Source: Cyanophora paradoxa CCMP329
Lineage: Eukaryota; Plantae; Glaucophyta
Assembly: GCA_004431415.1 (NCBI GenBank)
Contig: QPMI01000695.1
Coordinates: forward strand, 21,198 to 85,197
Reading direction: 5' to 3'
DNA: 64,000 nt
This document shows, in pieces, positions 33,601 to 44,057 of the stretch. Below the pieces are notes generated by a model. The model saw nothing but the letters and a program-made list of their open reading frames with translations, did not search any database and was not told where the DNA came from. The first letter of the stretch is position 1. Every line of letters starts with the position of its first letter. Made by a program: the position numbers and the translations under genes.

Positions 33601-36052
33601 CGTCTCTTTCCCGTCGGCGAACTCGTCGGCGACGACGTCGTCCAAGAAGCCGCGCACGTGCATGGGGCGCAAGAAGCTGCGACGGCTGGAGGCGGCCAGC
33701 GCCAGGGCCACGCGAGGCGATGCGTCCACGGTGGCGGTGACCACGGAGACTGTGACGCTGAGCACGGCTCCGGGGACCACGACGGCACCGTCAGAGTCGG
33801 CTGCAGCCGACGGTACGGCGTCAGCGTCGTCGGAGTACGAGACAGCAGCGTCGGACATCTCGGAAGGCGACAACGGGGAGCCGGTTCGGATCGCACGAGC
33901 AGCGCTCGCCCCAGGATTTGGACTCTCGGGCGCGATCAAGCGCTACCTGCACACGATGGTGTTCAACGAGTTCCGCTACGTCGTTTTCCTCAAGACGGCG
34001 TACACGTGGATGGATCACCACGCGGTACCACCGCTTCAGTTCCTGGCGGGCTGCGGCGAGCGGGAGGAGAGGGGCAGAACACGCGGCGCGTGGTACGACC
34101 GGGACTTCGTCGCGGAAGTCGACAACACGGACTGGGGGCAGTTCAAGGCGTCGCATGAATTCGTCATCAATCGCATGACCTCGCTGGCCAGCTACATCAT
34201 GCGAACGACGGCGCGCTGGGCGTGCGGCAACAAGTCCGACGAGGCGGCGGCGGCCATGGAGATTCACCGCCAAGCAACGTTCTACCTCACGGTAGTCAGC
34301 AACGCGTGCGGACGGACGACGCGGGACACTCTCCGGGCGAATGCAGTCCCACCGCTCGATCCCCGAGCAATGCATCCTGACCTGCCGAAAGAGACGGCCC
34401 TCACGGTTCCCGACACGGTCACGTGGTACACCCGCCTCACGGGGGTGAACCGCGATGTCTTCGACTCGACCGTCTCCGAACTGGCCAAGTTCGTCAACGA
34501 CTTCAACAACACCTCCCAATCCTTCGAGCTGCCATGTGACAAGCGTCGCCCCCTCCACGTTCCCATCGAGGATCACGCTGCCGTTAACGTCATCTACGCA
34601 AACCGCACGACGCTGGACGACGACCGTCGGTTCAACGACCTGCGTCACGACGCCAGGCGCAGCAAGCACATCAACTCCAACCTGAGGCAGCTGCGGGTGG
34701 AGGCGGCAACGCGGGTCGCGGAGGCCAAGGGCATCACGTTGGAGGCGGCGGACGCGTCGCTCGCGAGCATCGATGTCGACGGTATCCTTCGCATGCTGGT
34801 GACCGTCGCGGCGTTCGAGAAGCCCTACCTTCACATGCGCTTCGGCGAAGGCCCACGGAAGCAGCGGACGGTGCTGCAGAAGTCGGGAGTCGGAGCTTTC
34901 GGGAAGCACCGCGACACCCCGCTCGTGATGTCGGCGTGGCAGCCGTCGCGGAGCCGCACGCTGGCGGAGGAGCGACGCGCACGGAAGCGCGACAGGCGGG
35001 GTCACGACGGACCCGGACCGCCGACAGAGCAGGAGGCCGAGGTGAGATCCTCAGACGGTGACGACGGTGACGACGCGGCGGGGCAGTCGACGAGCACGGC
35101 AGTGCAACGGGCACTGAGGCGGAAGCTCCACGTCCTCCGTCTCTCACGTGGCACCGACGCCATCTCCAGGCAGATGCGGGTCGATCGCAACATGCTCACG
35201 TCCAGCACGGACCCTCACTTCGTCTTCCAGCCCGCGGGTCTCCCGCTGCTATCTCGGGTGTTGGCAACGCGCACCGACTCGACGGGCCGGCCGCTTACGG
35301 AGATCCCGTCGACGTTCATGATCCTCGCGCAAGAACTGGCCAAGCAGGTGTTGGACGCTGTCGGAGGCGACGTCGGTGAGCAGCTCGCAGCACAGGTCCT
35401 CAAGACCGCAGCCGCGCGCCAGGAGCAGTCGTGGATGGACAGGCTGAGGGCGACTCGACTCGTCGTCGAGGGGAGAATCGCGGCGCTGGGCACGAACGGG
35501 TGGGCACAGGAGAGCAAGCCGGTGCAGATCTTGATCGACTCCGGGGCGGAGCTGGACGTGGCGAGCGCCGACGTCGTGGAGCACCTCCCGGGCTTCCGGT
35601 ACCTCGACGAGCGCGTCCCGTTGGTCGGGTTCCAGACCAACATCACGACGTACGGACGGACCGCGCACGTGGTGCTGCAGATCGGGCCCGTACGCATCGC
35701 GCGTACGCTCGTCGTCACGACGGCGAACTCGATGGGGGACGTCAAGATGCTCCTGGGACTCTCGACGCTCATCGCGCTCCGGGCACAGATCAGCTGCGCC
35801 CCGGAGAAGTGGGGCATGCACGTCACATCGCCTGACGACCAAGAACTCCACTTCGTCCCTTTTCAGCCTCGGACCGAGAGGGAGGGACCCTTCCGGTCCG
35901 CTTACTACGTCCCACCACCGTCCACCGCGGCGAAGCCATGGTACGCGGCTACGTGCCCGACATGCACGGCTTGCTCCCTGTGGACAAAGATGAAGTTCGC
36001 ATCACGGCGGCACCGGAGTACGATGGTGGCCCGCCGCCAGACTCGTCAGTGA
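30689..36052 (+). CDS. ORF2: large unassigned region, OTU-like domain and retropepsin aspartic protease
   Basis: 1787-aa ORF; ILIDSGAELD and MLLGL protease motifs near 35530-35760; OTU-like motifs at 32990-33379. Confidence 0.85.
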   Translation: MLTERRTPPPADDGSTCSSENRVTGHTGEPPEVLQGGSARVPPAWPGVRRFVNRPILATDMLTRGGPLAQVVGKAALHGELALTNDDIAIRNETYVPRRPRTEEVDIGNLSDAPEPVRGYYGVALYVDLRDRAEPTTGVVEATQGRRRVAPAFGAVNIFRGALAAATRTTAPEGPDTTPASSTTPSTTRQTSPAAPAAGPSADDPWQRYSVQIQRATTAPARLHALADEKAGLDAAKSRPEFRAIVRATDVWTKPSHPRTGELLPTTSSSVTYERDDDVHAVMLMAADLPEDFARSARSRDPNSTRIDQHLGVSHVPDPRRERRGLTVLSTAIMATALRGQALVPNLTEFLVALFGMPQEQARPEEPETVPGLSVVDALFLRDPKLRRFFTSADALRAVVMREGMILFNLGTLLCRTIDFLQDFRRPEIMSRYDWPTRLAFDELGQPPAPDAVHQVAPFHFGNITVHRIPTELCAEFPEEGPQLPATVQPWSPPPREQWIRTPEGTVKPFAKAVIYLRRADNTEDPRAVALQHHEIVQNLLGLRGEPGTAPLSTYGHYIGPHALVTKLGRSPDLDETRRFYAAAGVDYDSLSSSRPLPARPDVYGIFPLTDDGVSMQYATAFFVAMGANLHASDPTSFEALHPTISRLVQETCCMGPGGGQPAFMTASEEPRTTRMSDGAYFVSTELQSQLASLDLQAPSPAQLAACIRAGILHGTQFWRSIRFHRCPRGEEPSLDNLWAVPIPKAFTIGEADGRPRLYVDESTLREHVASFGLDVAYVWLSAHRALTHSTDSNNLRDPLRRRYVEALLQSRAYSTASGHTAWETLEAWLRTVFGDYTLRITVAGPLEYDAVTNSVSESVDITTTFQTADPLTYWRDESPKRKGDVFLCYDAGLHWDERTRFHHWNSVNNKRVWVALPPRPGGGPSGGRPPGPPGSGGGGGRDGAGGKRKGDGGKGKGPPAASTSTSSSASVSFPSANSSATTSSKKPRTCMGRKKLRRLEAASARATRGDASTVAVTTETVTLSTAPGTTTAPSESAAADGTASASSEYETAASDISEGDNGEPVRIARAALAPGFGLSGAIKRYLHTMVFNEFRYVVFLKTAYTWMDHHAVPPLQFLAGCGEREERGRTRGAWYDRDFVAEVDNTDWGQFKASHEFVINRMTSLASYIMRTTARWACGNKSDEAAAAMEIHRQATFYLTVVSNACGRTTRDTLRANAVPPLDPRAMHPDLPKETALTVPDTVTWYTRLTGVNRDVFDSTVSELAKFVNDFNNTSQSFELPCDKRRPLHVPIEDHAAVNVIYANRTTLDDDRRFNDLRHDARRSKHINSNLRQLRVEAATRVAEAKGITLEAADASLASIDVDGILRMLVTVAAFEKPYLHMRFGEGPRKQRTVLQKSGVGAFGKHRDTPLVMSAWQPSRSRTLAEERRARKRDRRGHDGPGPPTEQEAEVRSSDGDDGDDAAGQSTSTAVQRALRRKLHVLRLSRGTDAISRQMRVDRNMLTSSTDPHFVFQPAGLPLLSRVLATRTDSTGRPLTEIPSTFMILAQELAKQVLDAVGGDVGEQLAAQVLKTAAARQEQSWMDRLRATRLVVEGRIAALGTNGWAQESKPVQILIDSGAELDVASADVVEHLPGFRYLDERVPLVGFQTNITTYGRTAHVVLQIGPVRIARTLVVTTANSMGDVKMLLGLSTLIALRAQISCAPEKWGMHVTSPDDQELHFVPFQPRTEREGPFRSAYYVPPPSTAAKPWYAATCPTCTACSLWTKMKFASRRHRSTMVARRQTRQ
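35857..35900 (+). promoter_or_regulatory. Putative programmed -1 ribosomal frameshift signal between protease and RT
   Basis: In-frame slippery heptamer C CCT TTT (35857-35863), 6-nt spacer, 13-bp stem-loop 35870-35900; the -1 frame is open from there into the RT ORF. Confidence 0.65.
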
Positions 36053-37800
36053 TCTTGCAGGGCGACGAGACGCCCTTCCTCCCCCCCTCCTTCACCACCC
36101 CCGCTCAACTCTGGCGCCACGCCTCCCGCACAGTCCGCCACCTCACCGTCCACATCTGCAACCCCTCCCGCAAACCTCTCGAACTCGCCGAGGGCACCAT
36201 CGTCGGCTACGCGGAGTTCGGCCGCTGGCCGGAGGGCGATTTCACTCCCGACGCGACCCCCTTCCCTGCAGGCCCGTCGTCAACATGGACCAACGACCAG
36301 CGCCGCGCGGCCGCCCGTCGAATCCTTCAGGCAGCCAAACCCGTCGTTGTCACGCGACGAGTCGGCCCCAAGCACTTCCGACGCGTCGCGCGCCAGACGT
36401 GGCCGTCGTGTTTCACGCGCACCAACCTCGACGACGTCGGGGAGGACCCCACTCCGCTGACAGCCGAGGAGGTCGTCGAGCTCGATAAGGCTCTCGACAA
36501 ATGGTCCACGTTGATGGCCAACCGCACCGACACCGACGCCGAGGCGGCGCGCGTTCACATCGCCGACTTGCGACTGTTAGTCAAGCATTGGCGAGACAAA
36601 CACGCAACGGCTGCAGACGGCAACACGACCAGTGGAGCCGCCGTCGCGGTGCGTCAGACGGCGTTCAGCACAGGCGCGATGGACCCCCCGACGTCCGACA
36701 AGCCGCCCGACGAGAAGCCGCCGGAGCAAGTCTGGAAGGAGGCGTTGGCTTCGTTACTGGGCCAGCTGCCGGAGACGCAGAAGCTGCACCTGCAGCGACT
36801 CGCGACGCTCCTCAACAAGAACCAACGCTCGTTTACCAACAGGCTCGACCCGCGCGACCTCCTCAAGTTCGAACATTCGCTGACGCTGTTGCCGGATGTC
36901 AACAAGACGCATCTCCCTCTCTACACGCATCCGCGTCGCATGTCGCCAACAGCGGAGGAGGCGACACGCAAGGAGATCGAGAAGCTGCTCCGGGACGACC
37001 TCATCGAGCCGTCACAGGCGGGTTACGGCTCGCCCGTGGTGCTGGCGCCGAAGAAGGACGGCACGCTGCGGTTCTGCATCGATTACCGCAAGCTCAACTT
37101 GCTGACGGAGCGTGACGTCTTCCCCCTACCTCGCATCGACGATCAGCTGGAGCGTCTGCGCCACGCGCGCGTGTTCTCGACCTGCGACGCGACGTCGGGC
37201 TTCTGGCAGCTGCCGTTGTCGGAGGAGTCGCGCAAGTACACCACGTTCCTCGTTCCATGGGGATGCTACCAATGGAAAGTGACCCCGTTCGGTGTGATGA
37301 ATGGACCGTCGGCGTTCTGTCGGGCGATCTCGTCCATCATGGGACCGCTCCTGTCGACTTGCGTTGTGGCGTACGTCGACGACCTCACCATCTTCTCCTC
37401 AACGGTCGATCAGCACCTCCTCGACCTCGAGGCGTTCTTCGCAGCTGTGGAACGCGGCAACTTGAAGCTCAAGCCTAGCAAGTGCCGCTTCATGGTGCGC
37501 GAGATCGAGCTCCTGGGGCACCGCGTCTCCGGCGACGGCGTGCGCAAGGACAAGAAGAAGATGGACATGATCGCCAAGTGGCCGGAGCCCAACAACGTCG
37601 ACAACCTCCACTCCTTCGTCGGCTTGACGGGCTACTACCGGCGCTTCGTCCGCAACTACGCGCGCATCGCCCAGCCGCTCTACGACATCTTGAAGCGACG
37701 GGGTTCGGCGCAGTCGTTCGCCGAGGCGTGGACCGACGCCTGCCGCGAGGCCTTCAAGGAGCTGCAACGGATCCTCATCGAAGACGTCGCCCTCCCTTCC
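35938..37800 (+). CDS. pol: Pol part 1: dUTPase-fold-like spacer and Ty3/gypsy reverse transcriptase
   Basis: SPVVLAPKKDGTLRFCIDYRKLN, FPLPRIDD, DATSGFWQ, TPFGVMNGP, YVDD, KPSKC, LLGH, FVGLTGYYRRFV. Frame breaks (+1) near 37800. Confidence 0.95.
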
Positions 37801-40800
37801 CCACTTCAACGACCCGACCCGGCCGTTCATCATCACGACGGACTGGAGCAAGCAGGCGATGGGCGCCATCCTGCACCAGGCCGACGCGGCCTCGAACGTC
37901 CGGCCCCTCACCTTCAGCAGCCGTACCTGCAGCGACTCAGAGCGGAACTACGGCGCGGTTGAAGGCGAGGCGATGACGCTGCTGTGGGCCCTCAAGCAGT
38001 GGCACCACTACTTCGAGTGCAACCAGCCGTTCGAGATCCACACGGATCACGAACCGCTGCTGTCACTGCGGAACACCGACCTCCGCCAGCCAGCGAACCG
38101 CTACCTGGCGAAGGTGGCCATGTACTTGCAAGGCTACAACTACACCATCAAGCACTGCAAGGGCACGAGCAACAGCGCACCGGACGCTCTGACGCGGGCG
38201 CCACTGTCCCATCCCGTCTACAACGGCGAGGCAGACGGCTCGGAGAACGCCCCGGGAGCGGCGGCGGGGGCCAAGGGCTTCGCTGTCCCCGTTCCTGGAG
38301 ACCCCGACGAGCCGATCGGCATGTACTTCGTCCGGCCGCTCCGGACTGACCCGGCGCTCGAGGCGGTGCGAATGGCACGGACGACACCGGAGGGTGAGGC
38401 GGCTCTGCAGCCACCGCGGCGCCAACCCCGCGAGCTCCTCAACCTCGGCGACACGCTGGGCCCGGCCTGGCAGTCAACGGCTCTGAGACGGCGAACGGCG
38501 GGCCCGTCGGCGGCCAACGCGATCGACGTCGACGCCTGGCTGAACATCAACTTCCCGGACGGACCGCCGGAGCCGAAGCGAGCACGACCGGCTTCAGCAG
38601 ACGCCGAGGAGGCGGTGCAGCAGACACGGCGGCGCGAGCAGCACAACCTGGCGTCGTCTCTCGGACCGGCTTGGCGGACGGCACCCGGACCCCGCCCCCG
38701 GACGCGGCGAGCCCAGCTCCCGGCGCCCCCATCCGAGGCGTCGACAGCGATGAGCTCGTTGGTCAACGGCGCCCTGTACGGCAACGAGGAGGCTGCGCGG
38801 CGCATGGCGGACCCGCTACCGCTCTCGGAGGCGGAGCTCCACGACTTCGACCCGGAGAACCCGCGGCCTCGGCGTGACTCCGACGTCGACGGCGACCACC
38901 CGAACCTCACTCCGCAAGTCTTCGACAGGGATGGCGGCCCGCGCTCTCCAACGGAGAAACGGGCCCAGCGGCGCGCGCGCAAGGCGTACTTGTACGGCGG
39001 CAAGACGCTCGAGGGCAAGCCGAGGCCAGCGCTGGCGACGGAGGAGGAGCGCGCTAGCTACGCGGCGTCACAGCTGCAACGCAAGCGCCTCCGAGGCTGG
39101 AAGTCGCGACAAGGGCGGTACTCGATCGCCCCATCTTCAATCCCGGAGTACGCGGCAGCGGATGCGGACGCGGCCGCCGACGAGGGCGTCGGCTCATCTG
39201 GACCCCCCCAAGCGGAGCAGCAGCCTCGCAGACCCCGCAAGCGCGGGCAGTGGAAACAGCTCCCACAGGAGGCGCGCGACGGGGCGGCGTCAGTCCGCAG
39301 CGACGCGGAGGCGGGCGCAGTCCGGGTTACACCGGGCTTCGTGGCACCTCTGTACGGCCCGACGGGCGACCGCGTTCGACCAATCGACGTGACGCTCGAT
39401 GTGCCTGTCATGGACACGTGGGCGGAGGGCGCCCGGCGCAGTGTCGACCCGCCAATCCCGGACAGGCTACGCCGACACGTCTCCGACGCGACGGCGATGA
39501 CGCTGGAGCAGCGGAACGACCCGTGGTGTCAACGCGTGCGGGACTTCATCCTGCAAGGGGTGAACCCGGCACGCTGCCGCTCGCACAAGGGGCTGGACCT
39601 CGTGGAAGATCAGATCACGTGCGAACACTGCTTGCGAGCCAAGTCGGGCCTCGAACGCGAGATGAAGGGCTACGAGATCGTGGATGGCGTCGTTCGACGG
39701 CTGCCGCCCAGGCCGGGCATGCGCTCCCTGATCGTGGTACCTGAGACGATGCGGGAGGCGATCCTCGAAGCGTTCCACGATGACTGGGCGCATCGCGGCG
39801 CTGACATCGTGACGCGGCGCATCATCACGCGCTTCTGGTGGGACGGTATGACGTCAGCGGTGCACCGTTTCGTACGGACCTGTAAGCACTGCCAATCGGC
39901 ACGGGCGAAGCGTCAGCCGAAGGTCCTTTGCAAGATCATTGAATCTGGCTACGCGAACGACTTGCACCAGGCCGACATCGCGCACCTCGACTTGTCCATT
40001 GACGGCCATGTTGGCGTGTTTCTCGACATCGATGCGTACACCAAGTGGCCGGAGGCGATCCCGATCAAGGACGAGAAGGCGAGCACGATGCGCCGCTGCG
40101 GCGAGAAGATCTACGGCGCGACGGGCATCATCCAGCGCTACTTGATCGACAACGGGTCACAGCTCAAGCAGTCGGAGTGGTACAACTTTTGGAAGAGCAA
40201 GGGCACGCGCATCATCAGGGCGCCAGCATTCCACCAGTCGTCGAACGGCGGCGCCGAGCGTCTCGGACAAACCTTCAAGCGCCTGGTGTACGGACTCTGC
40301 AAGGCAGCGGGGAAACCGCACAACCACTGGTCGAACTACGTGCATCAGGCGCTGCTGGCCATGCGGACGGGCGTTCACGCGGCAACGGGCTTCCCGCCAG
40401 CGGTACTGCACTTCGGGCGGGACCTCGCGCTCCCGGGTGACCTTCGCTTCGATCCCGACGAGCGCCAGCGGCCACTCGATCCGACGTTCCTCAACGAACG
40501 TCTGCTCGACTACGCGCGCGCGGCGGAGAGTCGGGAGGCGGCGGTCGCGGCGCACCGACGGGCGTACAACAAGCGGATCCTGCGCTCGCATGGCGGCCGC
40601 CCGTTGAGCCGCTCGTTCAAGCCGGGGGAGAAAGTGCTCTGCTGGTTCGAAGGCCTCAAGCGGGGAATCCACACGGGCTGGACGGGCCCGTTCGTCGTCT
40701 TGCGGAAGCTCTCCGGAGGCCACATCTACGAGGTCAAGGCGCTGGAGGGCGCAGAGCGGCACCGAAGGACGCGGGCGATCGCTGTCCACCTCGACCTGAT

Positions 40801-40948
40801 GATCCCTTACCGTGACCGGCCTGAACATGTAACGCGGCGTCAACGTGTTGGGAGACCTCCGAAGGCGGCGCAACAGTCGGCGGCCCCCGAGGCACCTCCG
40901 GGGTCGGCGGCTGACGCGCCTGGAGTAGCTCCGATGTCTGATGCGTGA
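37800..40948 (+). CDS. pol: Pol part 2: RNase H, long spacer, integrase (HHCC, DDE, GPF)
   Basis: TTDWSKQAMGAIL, ERNYGAVEGEA, HTDHEPL, PDALTR; FHDDWAHRG..CKHCQ; ADIAH, IDNGSQL, SNGGAER; WTGPFVV. Confidence 0.95.
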
Positions 40949-41700
40949 ACAACGTGGAATCGTTGACAGTCCGAAATCGTCATTGTCAGTCCGGTAAGCC
41001 ACGTCACGCCTAACGGGCTCGTGCGCTAAAGAAAAGCCATAGTGGCACGCGAGCCATAGCGGCATCAAACGCCATCGTGGCACGCAAGCCATAGCGGCAG
41101 AGTCACAGCGACTCGAGAGCCATAGCGGCCAAACCCGGCGCGGCATCGTGCCCCGGACAACCTCTTTGTCGTTGTCAAAATGCCGCTGCTCTTCTCTTTT
41201 CGCCGGCGCATAAAGCTCTGCGCTGCGTTGCGATGCGAGCGCAACTGCTCACTTACTTGCGCCACGCGCGATCCAGATCCTCCACGGGATCCATTCTCCC
41301 CGGCTTCCCCTCGCCGCGCGACCAGCGGCGGGGTCCCATCTTCACGGCACCTTCTCGCCGCACGGAGGCGGCGGGAACTTCGCACACGGGGCGATGGGAT
41401 TTTCGCTGTTGTTGGCGGCACGGCAGAGGTTTTTCGCCCGGTTTTCCTCTGGCCGTTAGTGACCCTCGGGGGCAGCATCTGGGCCCGGGCCCCTCACATT
41501 TTTGCCCCCGAGCGGCAGTCGGCGCGGTCTCTCACATGACCGGTTTCTGTTGTTCAGACTCAGGCAGAATTCCTGTACTGTGGTCTCGAGCCGATTGGAC
41601 TTTAGTCTATATTAGTCTGTATCTTTATCTATGGATTTCTGACCGGCGGGCGCGTAGGCTAGATAGGCGTCCCGGTCCTTTACATTTATGCTCCTCATTC

Positions 41701-42001
41701 CACGAGCCTACTGTCTCGTGAAATAGTAACATCCCTCGGCATTGTACCACGAGCCTACTGTCTCGTGAAATAGTAACATCCCCTGGTCCTGTATCATGAG
41801 CCTAGCGTCTCGTGAAATAGTAACATGCTGGTAGGCGGCAGACAATTTTTCTGTATTCCCCTGACGACTCTCTTTCTCTCTCTCTTGTACCCTCTTCTTT
41901 GTACCCAGCACTGATCGCTCTCTTGTATTCCTCCACTTGTCACTTGTTTCTTCTCTTATTGTTCCAGTGCGCGAGGACGCGCACTCGTGAAATAGTAACA
42001 T
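41701..42001 (+). repeat. 47-bp hairpin-containing repeat in the retroelement 3' non-coding region
   Basis: Units start at 41701, 41748 and 41795 (CACGAG-N8-CTCGTG then AAATAGTAACAT); fourth core TCGTGAAATAGTAACAT at 41985. Confidence 0.85.
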
Positions 42002-42108
42002 ATTGCAGCAGTGATATACTGTCCAAGTCCCTGTAGCCCTGTACCCCTGTAGCTCAGTCTGCCTGTACCCCCAATACACCACCTTGCCAGCTATCTAGCC
42101 TGGCAATA

Positions 42109-42375
42109 TCAGCCCGAGTCACTCCGAGTCACTCGAATTCGAATATTTATTAACTATAAAATTAAATATATATATTTATAAATCGAGAGCCCCGCATGCG
42201 CACGCCCTGGCAGTGCTGGCACTGCGGCATGCGCACGGCCGCCGAGCTAGCGCTGGGCAGCCTGGGCTCGACCACGCCGCCATACGTATACACCGGCGCC
42301 ACGTTACATATATATCATAGTATAATTAAAGACGTTGCGCATGCCGCGATGCGCGCGCCCCGGGCCCCGCCCTGG
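42109..42375 (+). repeat. 267-bp direct repeat, right copy
   Basis: Matches 5183-5449. Confidence 0.95.
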
Positions 42376-44057
42376 CTCGGATCGTGCGGCCGCCGGGCCG
42401 CGGGCCGGGCGCCGTCCAGACGGTCCTGGACCTGGCTCGCCTGCCCGGCCGGTGCAATGCATGCGCCGGGTTATTCACGACGAGCTGCGTAATAGCCTGC
42501 AATCCGCCAACGAGAGAAAAACATTATAAGCCACTGAAAACAGACTGCATATAGCTAAGTATATCTGGGGATTCCGGTACCCCGGAAAATTGCGCGAAGG
42601 CCCGCGAGCGAGTAAGCCGGCGCAGTGGGGCTTCCCCAACGAGGGTGCCTGCTAGCACTGCACGTGGCCGGTCCCAAAACTCGCGGCGCCGACGCCCAAC
42701 GACCAGCACGGCCCGAACGCGCAAAGTAGGTCCGCCGGGCGGGCAACGACAGCCGCAGCGACACCACAGACATCTCGAAGAGCAGCTGCGCCCCTGTTGG
42801 CGCCGCGACTCGCGCCAGCTCCCGCGGTAACGTGTTTAAACGGGCCGGTCCCCGCCGCCTTCTCCTGCCACTCCGAGCGCGCCGAGAGACGCCCCACAAC
42901 ATCTAGAGCCAACATACGCCCGTTTAAGCTCCCGTCCTCGCTCCGCCCGCCTTCCCGCCAACGCATGCCACCCGCGCATGCGCGGCTCGCCTGAGCCCAC
43001 GCCCACAGCGCACGACGCACAACTCGACTCGACTCCGCGCAGTCGGACGCGTGGCTCCGCCAACGCACCCGGCTCCGCTGCCGCCGATCATGCGGGACCC
43101 TCCCCGCGCCCGTCGCTCACGCCCTCCGCCCGCGCCCCTCCTCTATGAACTCTGACGCCGGACCCGTACGGCCACAGAGCACGCCGGCGCCGGCGGCCCG
43201 TGCGCGGGCCGCCCGCGCCAGCACGACACTCAAGAACCACGGGGCCGCGTCCCCCCGCTCACTTGGCTCTCCGTGACGCGTGCGCGACGCTCGCAGGCCT
43301 CTGGCGGGACGCGGAGCAAGCGCCCCAAGACGCGGCAGTGGACAGAGCCCCGAGCTGTGATGCCGCCTCTGCTGGCGCCGCTGGCGCCTATGCAAATCGT
43401 TCCCCTGGCGCCGCTGGCGCCGGCATGCAAGCCGACGTCCCCTACGTCTACCCGGGCGCATGAGCACTCAAACGCTCGCCCAGCTACCACCGCGGGGTCT
43501 GAGCCAGACGGCGCTCGCCTGCCTCAGGGCCCGGCCTCGCCGGGACCCGCCCTCGTGGGGTCCGAGCCTGATGGCGCTCGCCCACTATCGGACCCGGAAT
43601 CCCCGGGCTCCGTCGAAGACTTCCCAGCGGCGGGCAGTGCGTCCCCGGCGGTCGCTGCCAGGCCCCGCGCCGCCCGCCCCTCATGCCCGCCGGCCCCTCC
43701 CCCACGAGGCGACCGGTCCCCTGCACACCCCCCGCGATGCAAGCCTCCTATACGGTCGGCGAGCTTGAGGGGCGCCTGCGATATCGATATACACACGAAT
43801 AAGTCGGCCCCCGTCTGCTTTAGGAGGCCCTTAAAAGCTTGGCCCCCTAGTGGAGCGATTCGAAAGATTTTAACTGCACGAGGGAGCTGGGCACCCTCGC
43901 TCGAGCTCGAACTTGCATGCAAATCTCTCAGAGTCTAAACGTTTAACAAGAGAACCAGGACAGGGTCCGCGTACGGTATATATATACTGCATGCGTACAA
44001 GCGCATAGCTAGCTATATAGGCCCTTGAGCTCATGATCATTTGCATATATATAGCTA

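Larger units (their letters stand above)
5450..42108 (+). mobile_element. Giant Ty3/gypsy-like retroelement with nested DNA transposons; no recognisable LTRs
   Basis: Gag knuckle followed by PR, RT, RNase H, IN (gypsy order), all on + strand; bounded by the 267-bp direct repeat; ends in a hairpin at 42084-42106. Confidence 0.85.

Noticed and set aside
37790-37810. Programmed frameshift between RT and RNase H
   Set aside because: Falls in a normally contiguous region within C-runs, with no signal; more likely mutation or sequencing error.
41701-41830. CRISPR-like repeat/spacer array
   Set aside because: Only three units, 12-nt related spacers, eukaryotic TE context and no cas genes.
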